Assembly (NCBI GenBank): GCA_965200245.1
Contig: CBDATS010000004.1
Coordinates: 256,001-320,000, forward strand
Length of the DNA stretch: 64,000 nucleotides
Reading direction: 5' to 3'
Origin: a bacterium
Lineage (GTDB): Bacteria > UBA8248
The notes under the pieces are model-generated. The model was not told the DNA's origin, ran no database searches, and was given only the letters and a program-made list of their open reading frames with translations. Made by a program: the position numbers and the translations under genes. Within the stretch, counting starts at the first letter, position 1, and each line of letters begins with the position of its first letter. Shown here in pieces: positions 59,955-64,000 of this stretch.

Positions 59955-61148
59955 CTAGTTCTTCGCCCTGTCTTTCCACTTGGGCATGGGCAGCTTGTAG
60001 GGGACTTCTGCAATCTTCTTCGGCCATACGATCTTGCGCTGGCCGTCGAGGATCTGGAAAGTCAGGCCGTCATGATCGTTGAGATTGTTCTCATCCACTT
60101 TCCATTTTCCCATGATGGTCTGGAACTGTGAGGTGCGCAGCGTCTTCCAGACCTTCTGGCGATCATACGAACCCGCCTTTTGAATCGCCTGCGTTTTAAT
60201 CTGCAGTGCCACCCAGGCGATGCCGGCGTGATAGTTCGGCTTCACGCCATGGCGCTTCACATACGAGTCGATGAAATGTTTCATGCCCGGGAACTTCAGG
60301 ATGTCGGGGCGCGGTTCCCACTGACTGAAGCCCAGCACGTATTCCGCCGTGGCGCCGAGTTGCTTGGCGAACTTGGGCAAACCCGGGCCGACGGTTCCGG
60401 CAAAAATCTTGAGGTTGATGTTGAGTTCGCGAAGCTGGCGAATCTGGGCTACGGAATCCGCGAAATAACTGTTCGAAATAAGCGCCTCCGCGCGACGCGC
60501 CTTGATTTTCTGGAGCAGTGCGGTGAAATCGGTCTGCTTGCGCGGATAGTTTTCGTTCAGCACTACCTTGATGCCGAGTTTCTTCGCCCACTCGACAGCA
60601 CCCTCGGCCGACTGCCTGGGGAACAGGCTGTCTTCGCCCACGATGGCGATTCGCTTCACCCCGATGTCTTTGGCGAGAAAAACCGCGCCCCTCTGATAGT
60701 TCTGGGCGATGGCGTTCTGGTTGAATAGGTACTTTCTGCCTTTCTTCCAGATGATACCCGAAGACGCGCCCGGGGCCAGCGTGGGATACTTGTACCTTTC
60801 CAGAATGTTGGCCACGGCGTCAGTGATACCGCTCGAATAGGGGCCGAGCGTATGGTCGACCTTGTCCTGCGTGATGAGTTTCTCGAAGAGCTTGATACTG
60901 GTCTGCTTGTCCGATTTGTCATCCAGAAGAGTAGCTTTAATCTTCTTGCCCAGCAGGCCGCCCTTGGCGTTTTGCTGATCGATGAACAGCTTGTAGGCAT
61001 TTACGAACCTGCCGGCGGGCTCTGCATAGCGACCCGTCTGGGAGATGGCCCCGCCGAAGTGAATCTCGTTCGCCGCCAGGGCCGGACTGGCGAGGAGCAC
61101 CGTCGTCACCCCAAATGCGATTGTGATGAAGATGCGAGCCACTTTCAT
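59955..61148 (-). CDS. Amino acid ABC substrate-binding protein (tandem paralog)
   Basis: Signal peptide ending ALA; long blocks identical to 58411-59607. Confidence 0.9.
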   Translation of the reverse strand: MKVARIFITIAFGVTTVLLASPALAANEIHFGGAISQTGRYAEPAGRFVNAYKLFIDQQNAKGGLLGKKIKATLLDDKSDKQTSIKLFEKLITQDKVDHTLGPYSSGITDAVANILERYKYPTLAPGASSGIIWKKGRKYLFNQNAIAQNYQRGAVFLAKDIGVKRIAIVGEDSLFPRQSAEGAVEWAKKLGIKVVLNENYPRKQTDFTALLQKIKARRAEALISNSYFADSVAQIRQLRELNINLKIFAGTVGPGLPKFAKQLGATAEYVLGFSQWEPRPDILKFPGMKHFIDSYVKRHGVKPNYHAGIAWVALQIKTQAIQKAGSYDRQKVWKTLRTSQFQTIMGKWKVDENNLNDHDGLTFQILDGQRKIVWPKKIAEVPYKLPMPKWKDRAKN

Positions 61149-61357
61149 TGTCTATCCTCCTTTCTGGTGGGAAAAACATCGAATCTCATGGCGGAAAATC
61201 CGCCCTTTCTCCAAATGTTTCCAAAGCAGGACGAAACGAAACTCTGTATGTGCGAATCAAAACCCACGAAACAGATATGCGTCAAAAACATCAAACGCCG
61301 TCTTCAGGCGTGATTCTCTGGTGGAATAGACAAATTCTAGCCGGAAGGGGAAAAATG

Positions 61358-61819
61358 TCAAACGTGCTGATTTTGCGCCTTTTGAGATTCGGCCGTCTCG
61401 GCGTCCACCGCGCAGCCCTCAACCCAGGCCACGCCGTTCTCGCCGTATTCCTTTTTCCATATCGGAACGATCTGCTTGATGCGGTCGATCGCGTAGCGGC
61501 ACGCCTTGAATGCCGCGTCCCGGTGTGCGGAGGCCGCCGCAATGCCCACCGCAATATCGCCGATTGCAAGAGTTCCCACCCGATGGGCCATCGCCAGATG
61601 CGCGACGCCGTAGCGCTCCTCGATCTCCTCAGCCACCTGGCGCATCTTCTTCTCTGCCATCTCGGGATAGGCGTGATATTCGAGATGCGTCACTCCCTGC
61701 CCCGCGCTGTGGTTGCGTACCTTGCCAACGAACGTACAGAACCCGCCCAACTCGGGGAAATCGAGACTGTCCGTCAACTCGTCCATGTCGACGGGAGATT
61801 CTGTGATGCGGCAAATCAT
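61358..61819 (-). CDS. moaE: Molybdopterin synthase catalytic subunit
   Basis: FVGKVRNH, LEYHAYPEMA, HRVG, ASAHR, VPIWKKE. Confidence 0.95.
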   Translation of the reverse strand: MICRITESPVDMDELTDSLDFPELGGFCTFVGKVRNHSAGQGVTHLEYHAYPEMAEKKMRQVAEEIEERYGVAHLAMAHRVGTLAIGDIAVGIAAASAHRDAAFKACRYAIDRIKQIVPIWKKEYGENGVAWVEGCAVDAETAESQKAQNQHV

Positions 61820-62067
61820 GCGCAACCTCCGCTGATGGGTGGAATCAGCGCCAGTTCGTCGCCCGCATCCACTGGTGTGCCTTCGCCCGCAAACTCCTGG
61901 TTCACGGAGACGGCGATGGATTCCATGCGCCCGGAAAAAACCGGATATCGCTCGGCGAGACTCTCCCTCAAGTCGGCCACCGTGGCGCTTTCAGGCACTT
62001 CAAGGTCGATTTCATCCTCGCCCGTCACCTCGCGCGCCCAGGCGAAGCACTTGACACGGATTTTCAT
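61816..62067 (-). CDS. moaD: Molybdopterin synthase sulfur carrier subunit with C-terminal GG-CA
   Basis: FA..RE, SVNQEF, GDELALIPPISGG followed by C-A-stop. Confidence 0.9.
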   Translation of the reverse strand: MKIRVKCFAWAREVTGEDEIDLEVPESATVADLRESLAERYPVFSGRMESIAVSVNQEFAGEGTPVDAGDELALIPPISGGCA

Positions 62068-62200
62068 GCGCTACCTCTCTCTGGATTCTGCGTATCTTGG
62101 TCTCAACCCGGGATGATAGATATTCCAACCGGCGGAATCAAGGGGGCGCTACCCATGACCGTTCTTCTTGTCCATCATTTTGGGGTGTATACTCCACTCC

Positions 62201-63361
62201 ATGAAAATCACCTCCCATCCAGAACTCTCCCAGGCCCTGGCGGATGCGCTCGAAGACGGCCCCATCCCCTTTCGTCGCTTCATGGAACTCGCCCTCTATC
62301 ACCCCCAAGGCGGTTACTATTGCCAGGAAAACCCGCGCATCGGCCCGGACGGGGATTTCTACACCTCTCCCCACCAAAGCCCCTGGATCGGGCGAATGAT
62401 TGCACCGCTGCACGAATCAATCCGCCGCCGTATGGGAGAACCGCCAGCGCTTCACGTTTGGGAATACGGCCCCGGCGAGGGGTGGCTCGCCTTCGACATC
62501 CTGGAGGGGGTTCGCCCATCCCCGGCAGACCCCCACCGGTCGTTTTCCTATACGTTCGCAGAACAAAGCCCGAAGGCCAGGACACGATTGCGGGAGAAAT
62601 TCCGGGACTCGGACGATGTTCGATTCGCCGACGCCTCCCGATATCCGCCCGAAGGCTTCGAGGGCGTCGTGCTCGCCCATGAGTTTCTGGATGCCCTGCC
62701 CGTGCACGCGCTCGTCCAGAAAGAAGGACACCTCAGGGAGAGGTACGTGATGCAGCGCAACGAGGAGTTCGTCTTCTGCGAGGGCACACTCTCAGATGAA
62801 CGCTTAAGCGGCTGGTTCCCGAATCTGGGCGTCCGGATTGCACCCGGCCATATGGTGGAGGTGAACCTTTGCGCCTTCGAATGGATGAACGAAACGGCGC
62901 GTCGAATGAAGCGGGGTGCCGTTTTGCTTTTCGACTACGGGTTTTCCGCACACGTCCTTTACGGTCCCGACCGACCGGACGGATCGCTGCGCGGCTACAG
63001 AAACCACACCCTCGTGACTGCCGTGCTCTCCCGGCCGGGGGAAACGGACCTCACCACTCACGTCGACTTCACCTCCATCCTCCGGGCAGCCGTCTCGCAG
63101 GGTATGGAGCTTGCCGGCTTCACCGATCAGACGCACTTTCTTCTGGGCGCGGGTCTTCCCCAGGCGGTGGAAAACATGGAGGGCGTGGACGATGAGAAGG
63201 CGAGGCGCGAGCGCCGGTCCATCATGGGTATCATGGACCCCACTGGTCTTGGCGGAGCTATCAAGGTGATGCTGCTTTCCAAGAATCTGGACCTGAGTGG
63301 TCTGAACGAATTCTCTATGAAGCCCGACGACAGGAAGTCTCTCGATACTCTCTTCGGCTAG
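62201..63361 (+). CDS. SAM-dependent methyltransferase (MidA/NDUFAF7, DUF185)
   Basis: FMELALYHPQGGYY, GDFYTSP, EYGPGEG, EFLDALP, DYG, DLTTHVDF. Confidence 0.88.
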   Translation: MKITSHPELSQALADALEDGPIPFRRFMELALYHPQGGYYCQENPRIGPDGDFYTSPHQSPWIGRMIAPLHESIRRRMGEPPALHVWEYGPGEGWLAFDILEGVRPSPADPHRSFSYTFAEQSPKARTRLREKFRDSDDVRFADASRYPPEGFEGVVLAHEFLDALPVHALVQKEGHLRERYVMQRNEEFVFCEGTLSDERLSGWFPNLGVRIAPGHMVEVNLCAFEWMNETARRMKRGAVLLFDYGFSAHVLYGPDRPDGSLRGYRNHTLVTAVLSRPGETDLTTHVDFTSILRAAVSQGMELAGFTDQTHFLLGAGLPQAVENMEGVDDEKARRERRSIMGIMDPTGLGGAIKVMLLSKNLDLSGLNEFSMKPDDRKSLDTLFG

Positions 63362-64000
63362 ACTTGCACCGGGCGAATGGCGCGCAGTTCAAGCTGCACC
63401 GTGGTCTTGCCGCGCCAGCGGTTCAGGGCGGGAGAGAATGCGACATCCAGCCAACCCTTCAAACGCTCTGGCTCCTCGAGCAGTCCCCCCATGCCGAAGC
63501 CGATGGCCTCTCGCTGTGCGCGGAACTGTCGCAGGTTCAGTTTCAAGTGCCCGCCCTTGCGCCCCACGGAGCCCGGGCTTCCCGTTACCTCGACTCGGGA
63601 AGCGAAGAAGACAGGTCTCGGGTTCTCCTCCCCGAATGGCGCCATGTTCTCAAGTTGTTCCAGGAGCGGCACGTCCATGTCAGAGAGATCGACGCGGGCG
63701 TCGAGCATAAGTTCACGCTCATCCGCCCCAGATCTGCGCATCCCGCGAACCACCTCCCGGAAACGTTCCCTGAAGGCGTCTATCTTCTCCTCCGCCACCT
63801 TAAGGCCTGCGGCGCCCTTGTGTCCGCCAAACTGGATCAAGAGATCCGAACAATGCGCGAGCGCATCATATACGTGAAGATCCATGGCGGAGCGAACCGA
63901 TCCCTTGCCCACCCCGTCCTTTAGATGGATGAGAACCGAGGACCGGTGATACTTCTCCACGAGTTTCGCGGCCACGATGCCCACCACACCGGGATGCCAT
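63358..64000 (-). CDS. recJ: ssDNA exonuclease RecJ (C-terminal part; truncated by window edge)
   Basis: WHPGVVGIVA, GSVRS, FGGHKGAAG, PFGEENP, HLK, N.WRG. Confidence 0.92.
   Translation of the reverse strand, partial: WHPGVVGIVAAKLVEKYHRSSVLIHLKDGVGKGSVRSAMDLHVYDALAHCSDLLIQFGGHKGAAGLKVAEEKIDAFRERFREVVRGMRRSGADERELMLDARVDLSDMDVPLLEQLENMAPFGEENPRPVFFASRVEVTGSPGSVGRKGGHLKLNLRQFRAQREAIGFGMGGLLEEPERLKGWLDVAFSPALNRWRGKTTVQLELRAIRPVQV

Overview
GC-rich bacterial chromosomal window. About 0.4-40 kb is a large accessory catabolic region for amines, amides and organosulfur compounds: M24/M20/M14 hydrolases, creatininase, a UxaA/SuyB-like dehydratase, three luciferase-like monooxygenases with a PPOX protein, TauE and sulfonate-type ABC parts, cupins, a Rieske protein, an amidohydrolase, three amidases, AcuI, a BisC-type molybdoenzyme, a triple-Rid protein and a dialkylglycine-decarboxylase-like aminotransferase. 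About 45-64 kb is core housekeeping: ftsB, hemL, mtnP, asd, leuBDC, trpABF, a liv-type ABC system, moaDE and recJ, with an initiator tRNA-Met at 44.5 kb. Signals the ORF track misses: (1) an AhpD-like gene split by an in-frame UGA in a CxxU motif followed by a SECIS-like hairpin, probably a selenoprotein; (2) a ~1.5 kb AT-rich relic of a TnpB fragment, a T4-like gp61 primase and a class II ribonucleotide reductase fragment, with no integrase; (3) a decayed three-gene dual-OB/DUF488/DUF488 putative conflict module; (4) a MoaD ending GG-CA instead of GG; (5) several strongly eroded pseudogenes. All family calls come from motif recognition by eye, not database searches.
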